Shown here: piece by piece, positions 13,536 through 25,658 of the stretch
How the letters are laid out: each line of letters opens with the position of its first letter
Position numbering within the stretch: position 1 is the stretch's first letter
NCBI RefSeq assembly: GCF_036321535.1
Contig: NC_087437.1
Span: forward strand, 79,052,001 to 79,116,000
DNA length: 64,000 nt
Direction of reading: 5' to 3'
Source: Camelus dromedarius
Lineage: Eukaryota
Program-made: the position numbers and the translations under genes
Notes under the pieces: generated by a model
Databases searched by the model: none
What the model was told of the DNA's origin: nothing
What the model saw: the letters and a program-made list of their open reading frames with translations, nothing else

Positions 13536-15082
13536 GCATGTACCTTTTCCATTTTTGGAAAGAGAATGAATAAAAGGAGTTAGTTCATTTTATCTTGCAC
13601 ACCCTTTTACAGTGATTTTCTTTTGTCTTTAAACGTTTCCTTACAGGCCAGATTGTAGATACATATTGGAAGAATGGCCTCAATCCTATAAACAATAACT
13701 GTAGCTTCACTTGGTAGAATAGGTTTTCTACTTTGGAGTATGAACTGATCATCTGGTTGAGAAAGGTGCTTGTTTCTGTTTCACTTCATGATATATTTTG
13801 AATGGTTATATGTGCATGGGGGTTTTCTGTTTTATTTGAAGATTTTTTTTTAAACCAGATCATAGTTGTGATGAAATAAAAGAACTTAACACCACTATAG
13901 TCAACATGAAGTTTATGTCCACTTTTTTTTTTTTTTTTTTTTTTACTTTAGTTGTAGCAAAAGTCTCTCTTATGGCTACCTTTTACCATGAAAAGGAATG
14001 AAAGATACCATCAAAATCATGCATCTCACATAAGACTCAGCAGTAAAGAACTTATGAAGTACAAACCTTAGAAACTATTCATTAATTTTGCTTTGGTAAC
14101 TGAACCTAATCACTATCAAAGAGAAATTTTTTGTTTTTGCTACAAATGTTCATAATTTTAGATCTGAAGACAGATTTGTGTGTGTGGAGCTATATATACA
14201 GTCAGATTTTATGCTTCCTTTATTGGTACCCACAGATTGGTTTGTAATTTACTGCTACCTTTGCTCTCTCGTGTTAGATGACTGAAGAGAGAAAATAAGG
14301 AACTGGAGTCATGATTTTGTCTCTAAGATTTTGGAAGCCATTTACTTACCAAATATCCTTTTGTTTCACAATAGCATTATAAAATTCTGAAAAAAAGATT
14401 ATAGAAAAACTTCTGACATGGCCTCAATCTAAGCAGTACATACATAGTAACATCTGTGTAGCTAGTAAACCACTCTTATTTTAACAATTATAGGACATAT
14501 GCTAGTGAAACAAAGTAAAGTTCTTCAAACTTGCCAAGGTCTCTTTGAATGACTACCGCTTTCTCAGTTATTTCTAGAAATTCAGTGAGTTAATAATTAT
14601 TTATATTTCCAAGTTCAGTAGTGCATTGAGCTATACTGTGTGATTTTAAAGATCCTTTTTAACTATTAGAGGTTAGGATTATGTATTTCAAAATTTTATT
14701 TGTCAGTACAAAACACTAGGGCAAGGTAGGACTGTGGTGGGAGTCCAATAATCTTTTTTATTATTTCTTGTGACTATGTCCCCAGAATGCCAGTATATAT
14801 AGTAGAAATGCTGACAGTTTTCAAAACTTATTTTAACTTTACTTATAACTACTTTAGAAGTAAATATTCTGTTTTCTAGTTGTTTTTGAAATTCTCAGAT
14901 CACAGTACAATGGAGTCTCTTGTTGACTTCCTTTTGGGGGCAAGTATGATTGTTCATCACAATTGAGGATTAGGTCCAAAATATTACCAAGGTATTCAGG
15001 TAAATTAGGACAAGATTTGTTTATGGAAAAAAAGGAGAGATATAGAAAGTGTATGAAAAGCTACAGATTTAAAAGAAAATTT

Positions 15083-15196
15083 AAGGGGTGGGTAATTAGA
15101 CTTATTTATTTATTTTTTAATGGAGGTTCAGGGGATTGAACCCAGAACCTCATGCATGCTGAACATGCAGTCTACCACTGATCTATACCCTCCCCC
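15083..15196 (-). mobile_element. Vic-1-type tRNA-derived SINE (camelid)
   Basis: Reverse complement GGGGGAGGGTATAGATCAGTGGTAGA...GGGTTCAATCCCC...AAATAAATAAGTCTAATTACC contains Pol III A and B boxes and the Vic-1-type tail. Confidence 0.9.
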
Positions 15197-15539
15197 AACT
15201 ACTTTTTTATTTTTTAAACAAAAATTGCTGTTATTTGCACTTCTGTAGTACAGTAATTTACAAATTTTGCATGTCTACTTTTCCGTCTTTCACATACATG
15301 CCCTGTGGGCTGTGATGACCCCAAGTAGGGGTCATTGTGCTCAAGCTCTCAGCCAGTAATACTGCAAACAAGACTACAAAATCACAAGGGGACCAGGCAA
15401 GGCAACTCCCTGCTGCAGGGTCTGTGAGTGAGGACTTTTCATCTTCAACTCAAGATTTCAGCCTTTCACACCAGCAAATTTTCAGAGACCTTTTTGTTCC
15501 CTGCTCTAGACTCTTGTCTGATGTGAATAAAATTCAGTG

Positions 15540-16012
15540 TTACCATGCTCTACAAGCCGCAGTGTTTATGTAGCTCCTGGCTACTTCTTTATCATCAGGT
15601 TCTGTCAATTTAAACTGTCTTTCCTCTGCAAAGTGTCTTCTTTATTATTCCTTATTATTCCTCATAGCCTTTGTATCTGCTCTTCCCCCTACCAAGAAAT
15701 TCTGCAGGTGTTTTCATGACTTGCTTATTCACTCCATTCCACACCTGTCAGAAAGGCTTTCTTCTTCTGACCACCTGTTATTAACGCACAACCAATTCCT
15801 ATAGTTTTTTTGTTGTTTATTCACAGCACTTTTCACTGCCTGAAAACATTTATCTCTTTATTTGTGTTGATCACTAGATGACATCTCTTACAAATAAGGG
15901 CCTAGATTTTTAAAATTTATTGGCTTTTTTTTCACCACCGTATCCCAAGCACCAGAAATGTCCCTAGTGCAATGTAGTAGGCACACAACAAATATTTACT
16001 GAATAAATGAAA
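15540..16012 (+). mobile_element. LINE-2 3' end
   Basis: ttcaccaccgtatcccaagcacc...gtagtaggcacacaacaaatatttactgaataaatgaa matches the L2 terminus. Confidence 0.75.
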
Positions 16013-16144
16013 CAATGTTGTTGCTTTATTTTTCTCTTTATCCTTTCTATTTCCATCATCATCAGGAAATATAAAGACATTCAAAACTAGGATAAGTAAA
16101 GATAGTTAAAATTAAAAAAGCAGCATGCATGTACTATATTTAGG

Positions 16145-16380
16145 CAACAGACTTCTGAAAGCATAGAGACCCTTGCCTGGTTCATATCCTGCCTCTTATG
16201 CTTGCTAACTGTGCAAATATGGGTAAATTTCTCAGTGTCTGTACCTCAGTTTATCTATAAAATAGAGTAATCATAGGACATGTATCTATCTCATTGAATT
16301 ATTTAAAAAATTAAGTGGATTAATGTAGATAAAACTTTTGGACAAGTACCTATTATATACCTAGTGTTGGCTACTATTGT
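16145..16380 (+). mobile_element. MIR SINE
   Basis: cctggttcatatcctgcctct...tctgtacctcagtttatctataaaatagag matches the MIR core. Confidence 0.75.
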
Positions 16381-16979
16381 TCGTGTCTGGGTTAAAATAT
16401 TGGAAAAAAGGAAAGAGACCTCAATTGTACACACACTGGGTTATGGGATGATATGGATTGGAAGGGGTTTGGTCAAAATATGTAATTAACTCTGTGTATT
16501 TGCTAGTCATTGAGCTAACAAAGGCAGTAGTTGTATTCCAAATTTTCCAAATGCCTCTTCTTGTTGAGATGAATCAGTAACCCCAAAATGTCAAAATCTG
16601 TCAGCATAGTTTAGCATTTTTCAACTCACCTGCACAGATTAGTCATTTATAATACTTCAGGGGAATTTTTTCCCTCTACTTCAGCTTTGGAAGCTAGGAT
16701 AAATGTAACACATTTGGAAGTAGGAAACAGATGGGAGGAGAATGTTCACAACTTGTCATTTATTTGTCAGTAAGCAAATGCCAATCAAAATCCACAGATC
16801 AGGCCCACCCCCTAGCAAAACATAGACATGATACACATGCAGAAATGCAGACACACAGGTATGTTTCCTACAAGTGGCTGATATTGCTAACAATCATGGC
16901 CCATCCCTTCTGGAGAGTAAAGTTGGCTTTAGGATCCTTCCTACTGCAGCATTCCTAGCACTCACTCCAACATATCAAA

Positions 16980-17107
16980 ACTGATGTAAGCTCTCTAAGA
17001 CCATGAATTTTTGTCTCCTTCGTTTATTGCTATATCACCAAAGCCTAGAACAGTCCTGGCACAGAGCAATTTCTCAGCCAATATTTGTTGATTAAGTAAA
17101 TAAATGA
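16980..17107 (+). mobile_element. LINE-2 3' end
   Basis: atgtaagctctct...gcctagaacagtcctggcacagag...aatatttgttgattaagtaaataaatga. Confidence 0.8.
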
Positions 17108-17236
17108 TTTTTTTTAAACTTCGGCTTATTTCTTTTGAATTTTAGATAATGAAGTCTTATTTTTTAAGGCTAGTACTGATGTCTCCATATCTACAAGAAG
17201 TAGGAGTGAGGTGATAACAGCTCAATTTGCTCCCAT

Positions 17237-19165
17237 TTTATTTATTTTTTAATTTTTAATTTTCCTTTTCAGTTTTATTAGAATTATTACAGTTTGACTG
17301 CACATATACATTATATTGCATGTAAATACATATATACAATCTACTGAACGTATTTTTTTAGTTTACATATATGTACGAATCACTGTTTCTAAGAATAGAT
17401 TAGAGCTTTAGCTTTTTAAACTTACATAGTTATCAAAGGAATAAAGCAACCACAAAATAAGAATCAACCGAATGCGGCAAACCAATCATAAAGGACTGTC
17501 AAATATACTTACACATATTCAAGAAATCAATCATCTAAGTAATAAATAATAAGTGGTTCACTTCCATTTTACACAAGGTTTTATTACTGAGTTAAAGAAA
17601 GCTATTTATAGGACTTCTGCCAATCCACTTGTTGCCCTAATCTGCTCACTCCTTTGTTTTGTTGCAAATTCTAGATATGCCCAACTTATCAATGGAAATC
17701 AATGAGAAGACTCTTCTCAAGTCTCCACCTTAGCGCAAATATTTTTCCCATGACCCGCATCCCCACTCTGATATACAGTCATGTTTATTCAGCCTTCTTG
17801 GTCGTTTAGTCTCATTCATATCTTGACTTCCCCTTTATTGCCTCCTTCCTATAGATCTGCGAAATCGTCCTGGACCATCTACATGGCTCTGATCTAGGAC
17901 TTTATTTTTTTTTTTTTGAAGTACAGTCCATTACAATGTGTCTCTCTCTGGTGTACAGCACAATATCCCAGTCATCCATATACATACATATATTTGTTTT
18001 CATGTCTTTTCCATTAAAGGTTATTACAAGATATTGAACATAGTTCCCTGTGCTATACAAAAGAAACTTTTTAAAAAATCTATTTTTATATATAGTGGCT
18101 AACATTTGTAAATCTCAAACCCCCAAATTTATTCCTCCCCTCTCCTTTTCCCCAGTAATCCTAAGATTGTTTACTAAGTCTGTGAGTCTGTTTCTGTTTT
18201 GTAGATGAGTTCATAGTGTCCCCCTTTTTTTTTTAAGATACCCCATATGAATGATATCATATGATAGTTTTCTTTCTCTTTCTGACTTACTTCATTTAGA
18301 ATGACGATCTCTAGGTCCCTCCACGTTGCTGCAAATGGCATTATTCTATTCTTTTTGTGGCTGAGTAATATTCCATTGTATGTATATATACCTACAGCTT
18401 CTTTATCCAGTCATCTGTCGATGGACATTTAGGTTGCTTCCATGTCTTGGCTATTGTATATAGAGCTTCTGTGAACATTGGGGTGCATGTATCTTTTCAA
18501 CTTAAGAGTTCCCCCCTGATATATACCCAGAAGTGTGATTGCTGGATCATATGGTAAGTCTGTTTTTAGTTTCTAGGAGGTTTCCCTTTTCTCCATGCCC
18601 TCTCCAGCATTTATCATTGTTGGACTTTTGGATGATGGCCATTCTGACTGGTGTGAGGTGATACCTCATTGTAGTTTTTATTTGCATTTCTCTGATAATT
18701 AGTGACATTGAGCATTTTTTCATATGTCTAATGGCCATTCTTATGTCTTCTTTGGAGAAATGCTTGTTTAGGTCTTCTGCCCATTTTTGTATTGAGTTGT
18801 TTGTGTTTTTTTTGTTGTTGTTGTTATTAAGTTGTATAAGCTGTTTATATATTCTGGAAATTAAGCCTTGGTCAGTAACATCATTTGCAAATATTTTCTC
18901 CCACTCCATTGGTTGTCATTTTGTTTTGCTTATGGTTTCCTTTGCTGTGCATAGGACTTTATCTTAGTCCTTTCTCTAATTCAGTTTTCTCTGCTTCTGG
19001 AAACCAAAGCCACCTTCCTCAAAGCCACGTGAACTTGTGTATGGCCAGGCCTCCTGGACGTTCTATCAGGGGAGTTTCTCAGCTTTCATTTTCTGCCACT
19101 TGATCTGATGTTGGAGTGAATAAAGTCATCCTCATAGGATATAAACACACATACACGTACACATA
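17237..19165 (-). pseudogene. Candidate retrocopy of a non-coding/3'UTR RNA, split by an L1 (parts ~17237-17894 and ~18963-19165; right boundary uncertain)
   Basis: Minus-strand AATAAA (tttatt 17274-17279) followed by an A-rich tail (17237-17269). About a dozen CpGs in ~870 bp, no ORF, source not recognised. Confidence 0.55.
17906..18951 (-). mobile_element. Young 5'-truncated LINE-1 (camelid-type 3'UTR)
   Basis: Poly(T) tail and TSD TAGGACTTTAT (17895-17905, 18952-18962). ORF 18547..18909(-) MEWEKIFAN...[17 protein letters not shown]...[11 protein letters not shown] is the L1 ORF2p C-terminal region. Confidence 0.97.
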
Positions 19166-19689
19166 CTCATTTTGTTTTTCACAACTGTATTCACCTAAAG
19201 CTCAGTGATGGCAGCAACATAAATGTTAAGCTTATGGATCTGATATAATTTACTTTCAATCTGATGTTTTGAGAATTATCCTTTTTATACATATTAATAT
19301 ATTTAAAGAACCATACAATGCAGACATTTCACTCTTTAGTTCCCATATGGTCCTTTATTTCAAACAGCCATTGAGTGATAATAACCCATATTGAGGAATA
19401 ATGTCACATAGTGCACATTTATTCAATAAACTATTAATATATTAACATAGAACATCTGGATCTGCTGCTTAGATCTTGCTATAGTTGATTATTAGAATCT
19501 GACATACTTTTATTTTGAGTGATAAACTATATGTTGCTATTTTGAAAATTTATAAGTAAACACAAATGTGTGTAAACAAGTAGGCAGTTTTATGCCTAAA
19601 AAAAAGCGTGTTTGAAAATTTCTATTTTTATTTTATCTAATAATGCTTACTAATACTGAATGTAGTTTAGGTGTCTCCTCTGTGCAATG

Positions 19690-19822
19690 AATAACCCTAG
19701 ATGCCAGGTCAAGTGACTATACTTCTTTGTGACTTGGTTTCATTTTCTAAAAAGTTTTTGTGGAGATCAAAGGAATTGATATATGAAAAGCACTTAGAAA
19801 AATGCCTAGCACACAATAAATA
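19690..19822 (+). mobile_element. MIR SINE fragment
   Basis: ggtcaagtgactatacttctttgtgacttggtttc...aaagcacttagaaaaatgcctagcacacaataaa. Confidence 0.7.
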
Positions 19823-20599
19823 CAAATGTATATATTAGATAATACTTTAAGTATAATAATTACATTAAATACAAATGTATGTTAGATAGTACTGTAATTA
19901 TAGTTCTCATTATTACATACACATTTTAACCATATCTAAGCCTTGATCAGTTTTCTGGAATTAAACTTATAGGATATAGATTTGCAGGAAGTAATTTTCT
20001 ATAAATTATAATATGTATTTCTGTTTCTTTGAGTATAACAATTATGAAGTGAGAGGGAACAAAAAAGGATCGAAGACTGTTTTAAGAGCTACTCTAATCC
20101 TTCTCTAAACATATCATTTTGAAAAGATAAAAATCCCATTTTCCATAATTATGCTTAATACAGAAAGGAGAAACAAAGGATAAAAGGAGTTTTGTAGCTT
20201 GGAATGTAGGAGTGACACTCCTAATACGGTTTTTCCTAGTATACTTAAAGTATGAGAAACAAGTTGTGCCATAAAACTGTACTAAAAAGTTATAAAATAG
20301 TTGACAAATAAAGATAAAGAAAGAAGGACATACCAGATATATCTGACAGTTTTTAAAACCAGAGGTTTTTATATGCCTTTGTGAAATAAAGAATACTAGT
20401 ATGTGTGAAAAACACACAAAGAAAGAAGAGTATAACTCTCCTGCTACATTTTCCCTGTCATCAGCGACAGTGAAACATGAAGAGTGACTCCTGTTTTTAG
20501 GGTTTTTATTTGACTCTAACTATTTGAGGCTGAAACGTAAATGAAACCCAAGGGAATTGTAGGAGTCTTTCTAATAAGTCATAGACTTACTGTGGTACC

Positions 20600-20765
20600 C
20601 AGAAGCAGCTAAGTAATTTGCAGGACCTAGTGCAAAATGAAAACAAGAGCTCCTTGTTAAAAAATTATGATGAATTTAAAAATGACGCTGGCAGAGCTTT
20701 AAACCAATGGTGCAACCCTTTGAGAGCAGAGTGACTGTGCAGGATATATATCTGTGACACTGACC
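20600..20765 (-). mobile_element. MER45A-like hAT-Tip100 MITE
   Basis: taatttgcaggacctagtgcaaaatgaaaa...ccttgttaaaaattat...agagctttaaaccaa...gtgactgtgcagg matches reverse MER45A. Confidence 0.75.
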
Positions 20766-21094
20766 ACATACATACCATAGTGATAAGCAACCTGTAAGTA
20801 AACTGGACAGAAATCCCAGCGTGAAAAAATTGACACAGCACTTTGATCTTAAGTTATCCTTGCATAATAACTCAGCATAATGTATCAATTTGTTAAATGA
20901 ATAAAACTGGGTCATGATACAATCATAAAGAAACGTGTCAAGAACACTCCATGCATTTATGATTTTAAAGGGAGAGCACAAAGGCAACCCTATACTCCTA
21001 ACTCTCCTGTACATGCCTCAAACTGATTAGATAATATCTGCATTCATCGTCCCCTAGATATGAGTATTATTACCCACATACATTCTTGGAATTA

Positions 21095-21272
21095 TATCTC
21101 AAAAGGTATGTTCTTAGTACTCCGACATCAGAATCTTGGTGCTTGGAATTTTTTCAGATTTTTTGGGCTTTACTTCAAACTTAGAGAAATAAGATCCCTG
21201 GGGCTGTGTCTGAAAAAACTAAACTTTACACACATTTCTCTGGTGACATTTATCTATATAAAAGAAACCACA
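21095..21272. mobile_element. MER5-like hAT-Charlie MITE (degenerate)
   Basis: catcagaatc...cagattttttgggc...ctggggctgtgtctgaaaaa...ctggtga resembles MER5A/B. Confidence 0.5.
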
Positions 21273-21359
21273 TATCTGGGGACCCAGGAAAATGACCAGG
21301 AGAAAAACAAAGCAAAATGAAAGGACTCTTAGTCCTGATGAAGTATCTGAGTTACCCAC

Positions 21360-21773
21360 TGTAGTAGTCTGCTAGGGCTGCCATAACAAAATACCACAGA
21401 TGGGTGGCTCAAAGAACAGAAAGTTATTTTCTCATAGTCCTGAAGGCTAGAAGTCCAAGATCAAGGTGTCAACAGATTTGGTTTCTCCCAAGGCTACTCT
21501 CCTTGGCTTGCAACAGCCGTTTTCTCTCTGTGTCCTCACATGTTCTTCCCTCTGTGTACAAGTATGCCTCAGAGAGGTGTCTCTGTTATTATTCAAATTT
21601 CCTCTTTCTATAAGGTTACCAGTGACATTGGATAAGGGCTTACTTTAATGGCCTCATTTTAATTTAATAACCTCTTCCTAGCCCCTCTGTCCAAATATGG
21701 TTATATTCTGAGGGTCCTGGGAATTAGGGCTTCAACATATGGATTTTGGGAGGACATAAATCAGTCCATAACA
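21360..21773 (-). mobile_element. MaLR solo LTR (MLT1B-like)
   Basis: TG...CA ends; gctagggctgccataacaaaataccacaga, gaagtccaagatcaaggtgtc, tcagtccataaca. Confidence 0.92.
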
Positions 21774-22289
21774 CCGCGGCACCCCAATATCTATAGTCTT
21801 GTCAGATTAGAAAAACTTGACCCTTCCCTACTTTGTTGATATCATCCTTCTTTAGATTTCTGCTCTTATCTGGTATTCAGATCTTTTTGACATTGGATTC
21901 AAGCTTGTTGATCCTAGATCTTTTTATGAAGCTATTCTAGGGTTGAACATGTCTGTTTTCAAAACTCTGATGCCTTTGCTCTAGCATAAGAATAGTAATA
22001 GTGATACCAAGAACTTCTTTGTAAACAATGTATGCCTGTTGGGACTGAGTGGGCAGAAAAGTTCTAAGAAAATGTTTGGTCATGTTTTTTCCAATCGACA
22101 TTATTACTTTAATTCTCTCGAATAATATTGTAGTCCAGACTCCACTGATCTGTATTTTCCTTTGCTTGGTTAAAACCTCAACTTCCCGTAGCCTAGTAAC
22201 CTATAATACACTCCTGACTTTTGCTCTCTTTTGCTTTTGGACTTAATCGAAACATCTCTGTTAAGTATCTAACTCCTGTTGGCTAGCTT

Positions 22290-22410
22290 TCATGCTGAAT
22301 TTCAGTCTGGTTTTACATGTCCAAGTGATGTGACCTTGGAAAATTTACTAACGTCCCTATTTTCTCTCTAAAATAAGAGTGTATACTGTTAAGATCTTTC
22401 TGCAGCCTAT
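22290..22410 (+). mobile_element. MIR fragment
   Basis: gatgtgaccttggaaaatttactaac...taagatctttctgcagc. Confidence 0.55.
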
Positions 22411-23066
22411 TTTCTTGATAAACTCCAGACTGCAGAAGGTACTTTTCACAAACTTATCCTTAGGGTGGCTTCTCCTAGAACTGAGAATGCTTACCAAATC
22501 TTGTAAGTACATTTTCCTGGACGTAGACCATCTTTTAAAAGAAACAATGATAATTAACTAATATTCATGCACCGTCTATCTCTTCTCACATGCAATGCTC
22601 CCTGTTTCTCTTCTCCTACTTTAACTACTTAATTGTTTTAATGTACAAAATTTCTGTTAAATGTTAGAAATCTAGAACAGTCTTATTTTTCCTAATGTCT
22701 CTTCTGGTCTTGTAGATGTAAAACTTTCCATTTTCTTTGCTGCTGTCTGGTATTCTTATACCAGGACCCCTAAAAACTATGGAGATTACGTCCTCCACTT
22801 CCCCTAAAATAGACTAGGCACTCTCACTTCTTGGACCAAAAGACTTTGGCAAGGCTACTGAATGCCAGAGGTCTTTGTCACCTACTCTTTTCAAGTTTCT
22901 TCTATCCAGAGTCTGAAGTAAATCCTCCTCTACATCTGTGCTTTGCCTTGTTTCATTTGAGTACTGAAAAAGATTAATCAATTAACTTTTAATTAATTAA
23001 TTATTTAATGCCATTTGGCCTGCTGATATTATTTATGATTTCTTCTTCCTTTCTTTTATCTCCTAG

Positions 23067-23087
23067 AATTCTTTAACTCAGTATAAG
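23067..23087 (+). CDS. Candidate 21-nt alternative microexon (NSLTQYK in phase 0) of an unidentified host gene
   Basis: Acceptor tttcttcttcctttcttttatctcctAG and donor AAG|GTAAGA. Length is a multiple of 3 and only phase 0 is open. No AG between 22973 and 23064; (T)GCATG at 23098, 23195 and 23209. Confidence 0.6.
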
Positions 23088-25626
23088 GTAAGATACAGCA
23101 TGTGAGAGATCTGATTCTTTATCTCTCAGCTTCTTTAGAAATCACTGGGAGCACATGATTTTCTAATATACCTCATGGTTAATATCTGATTTTATGCATG
23201 CTCATTTAGCATGGAATTATTAGTACCAAATATTTGAACTTGGGTAGAATTTCACCGAGAAAACTGAAGAGCTACTGTGACCAATTTGGGAAACATCTGG
23301 TATCAATAAGATTCATGCCTTAGGAAAAATAAAAATAAATAAATAAATACTATATATTTATAAATAATATATGAGGATATTTTTATCTGTCTGAAAGACT
23401 CTGTTTACTATGAGAACCCTTCCTTCTCCCCTGTTCTACTATATACTTCCTAGATTAATAAACAATGGCTTTTGAATCTGGCTTGATAACATTGTTAAAG
23501 CTGTAGGTCATTGTTTAACCTAGCTGTAATGAATTGTTTCTGTCTCTCTGTTTCTGTCTTTCTGTATCTTTTCTCCCCCTCCGTCTATATCTATATTTTT
23601 ATATCTGTATCTCTTTATCTTCCTATTCTTCATCTCTAGTTCCTTTTTTATTTATTAGGAAAGTTTGAAAATAAATAAAGCACTGCCAGGTTTTTTTGTT
23701 TTTTTTTATGCTAGAAACTGTAGCGATAGAATGCTGAGACTTTCTAAAGGGAATAAAAACAGTTTTTCTTTCTTGAGCTTTAAAAATGTTAGCTCTGCAA
23801 GAAATTATTTCTGCTAAATTTCAACTAAGAAATATAATTAAGTAATATCTTTGTTTACTAGTTAAAATAAGAAGAGATCTAGTTCCAAGATAAAAGGATA
23901 AGAAGATATTTTAAACACTATTTTTAAAGTTTAAGAAATTAAACACAGGAGTTTATAAATTAGAACATTTTTATATAATAACCATGGTAAATATATGAAT
24001 ATTAAAATTTAAAGTGAAATAGTGATTTTGATTTAAAGACTATTCTTTGTCATTTCAGTCATTTAATTGTGTAAAACTGAAGCTAACACAGTATTCTAGG
24101 TTGTGAAAGACTAAGGTTAAACTCTTCTTGATTTAAACTTTATAATTATTTATGTTTTATGAGTCATTTAAATTATTATTGTTTTAACAAATTAAGATTA
24201 CAAAATATAAAATCGTGTTTAAGTAAATGAATTTGTAATTTACAGATCTTTTATTAACTTTAAGACCATGACAAATTTTAAATTTAGTAAATTAGTAAAG
24301 AATATTGTGGTAATATTTTTGATATAAAACTTTGGTCACTAAAATTAGCTTTTATGCATTTTTAAATGGCTAGGGATCAGCAGGTGTATAATGACTTCAG
24401 AGAATGTTGATTATGGAGGCGTTTAGCCATTTTTAACTTTATAAAGGTGATATGAAATGTGTGTTCATGAATAAACACAGCTACATAGTTCTTGATCTCC
24501 TCCTGCCTTCTAATTTCTTTGTATCAAAAGGAAACAAAAGTTAATTCTGTTGTTAAGGTTGATATTAATACAACTGAAAATATACCAGGTATAATAATTT
24601 CAGAAAGATATGAATATTCATACAAGTAAATGAATGTGGTATGGTAGTTTATTTAGAGAATTGTTATGCTTAAGATTATAAATTTAAATACAATATATAT
24701 TGTTTTATTTACTATTTTGATAGATTAAGTTTAAAGCTGAATGTATAAGCTTTTATCTATTCATGTGAAAGTAAATATATTTGTATATGTCTAGCCATAT
24801 TTGTAGTTATATTGAGATTAATTTAAAAAGCTTATGAATAGTAAAAATGAAATTTAAAAAGCAATCTTAAAATATTTAACCAATTACCTGCATATTAGTG
24901 GGTTCATTCACAAGAAAAGTGTATTAATAATTTTCCTCTAAATTTTTACATGTGTGATATATAAAATAGGAAAAAAATAATTTGGATGTTTCTTCTGTGA
25001 GACAGTCAAGTTATTCTGTACCACAAAAGTTCTTGTTATCAAAGTATTTTGTTAATTCTCTCTATTTCTGGCAATCTTTAATATCGTTTTTGCATTTCTC
25101 TGTTTTTGAAAAACGTTAAATTCCTAATAATAAGTTTTAATTATAATTTTGTTTTCAAACACTGCCTATAACTATTTTTTAATCTTGAAAAATTATGATT
25201 TATTTTCAAGTATTTTCTCCCCTCTCAGTTCTTTCCTTTCTCAAACCCAGTCATCAAATTTAGAATCACAAAACTGGCAAAACATTCTTTATGTCTCAGA
25301 CTATCTTTAAGTTGCCTAAAATGGCATCAGATAATCCCAGTATTTGTTCGTGTTTTAAAAAAAGAAAAACAAAAATAGTACAATTGATCTTGGCATTCTC
25401 TAAATGTTAATCATCTAAAAGCTATTATAAATGATCTTTTATTTACCAAACTTAGAATAGAAAAAAAAATCAGATGTATCAAAAGAGAGGTTCTGTCTTT
25501 ATAGATTTACTGTGTAACCTATGTAGTATTATGTATTATAGCCTAAAGGCTGTATGCTTTTTAGGTTAAGAAAAACACTTGCAAGAGTTATTCTCAAGAC
25601 TGCCTACCATTTGATTTTCTTTCTAG

Positions 25627-25658
25627 GTTTCAAAAACTTGTCAATCAGGGAGAGTCAG
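25627..25658 (+). other. Candidate 32-nt small exon
   Basis: Acceptor tttgattttctttctAG|G, donor CAG|GTAGCC, TGCATG at 25670-25675. All three frames are open but the length is frame-shifting. Confidence 0.3.

Noticed and set aside
13615..13745. Strong + strand acceptor (tttccttacAG at ~13647)
   Set aside because: No convincing donor before stops occur in all frames.
15120..15196. tRNA gene
   Set aside because: The tRNA-like head continues into a SINE body and A-rich tail and carries substitutions in the A box; it is a SINE copy.
17237..17900. L1 3' transduction
   Set aside because: The L1 TSD (TAGGACTTTAT) directly flanks the L1 poly(A), and the foreign sequence appears to continue on the other side, so it predates the L1.
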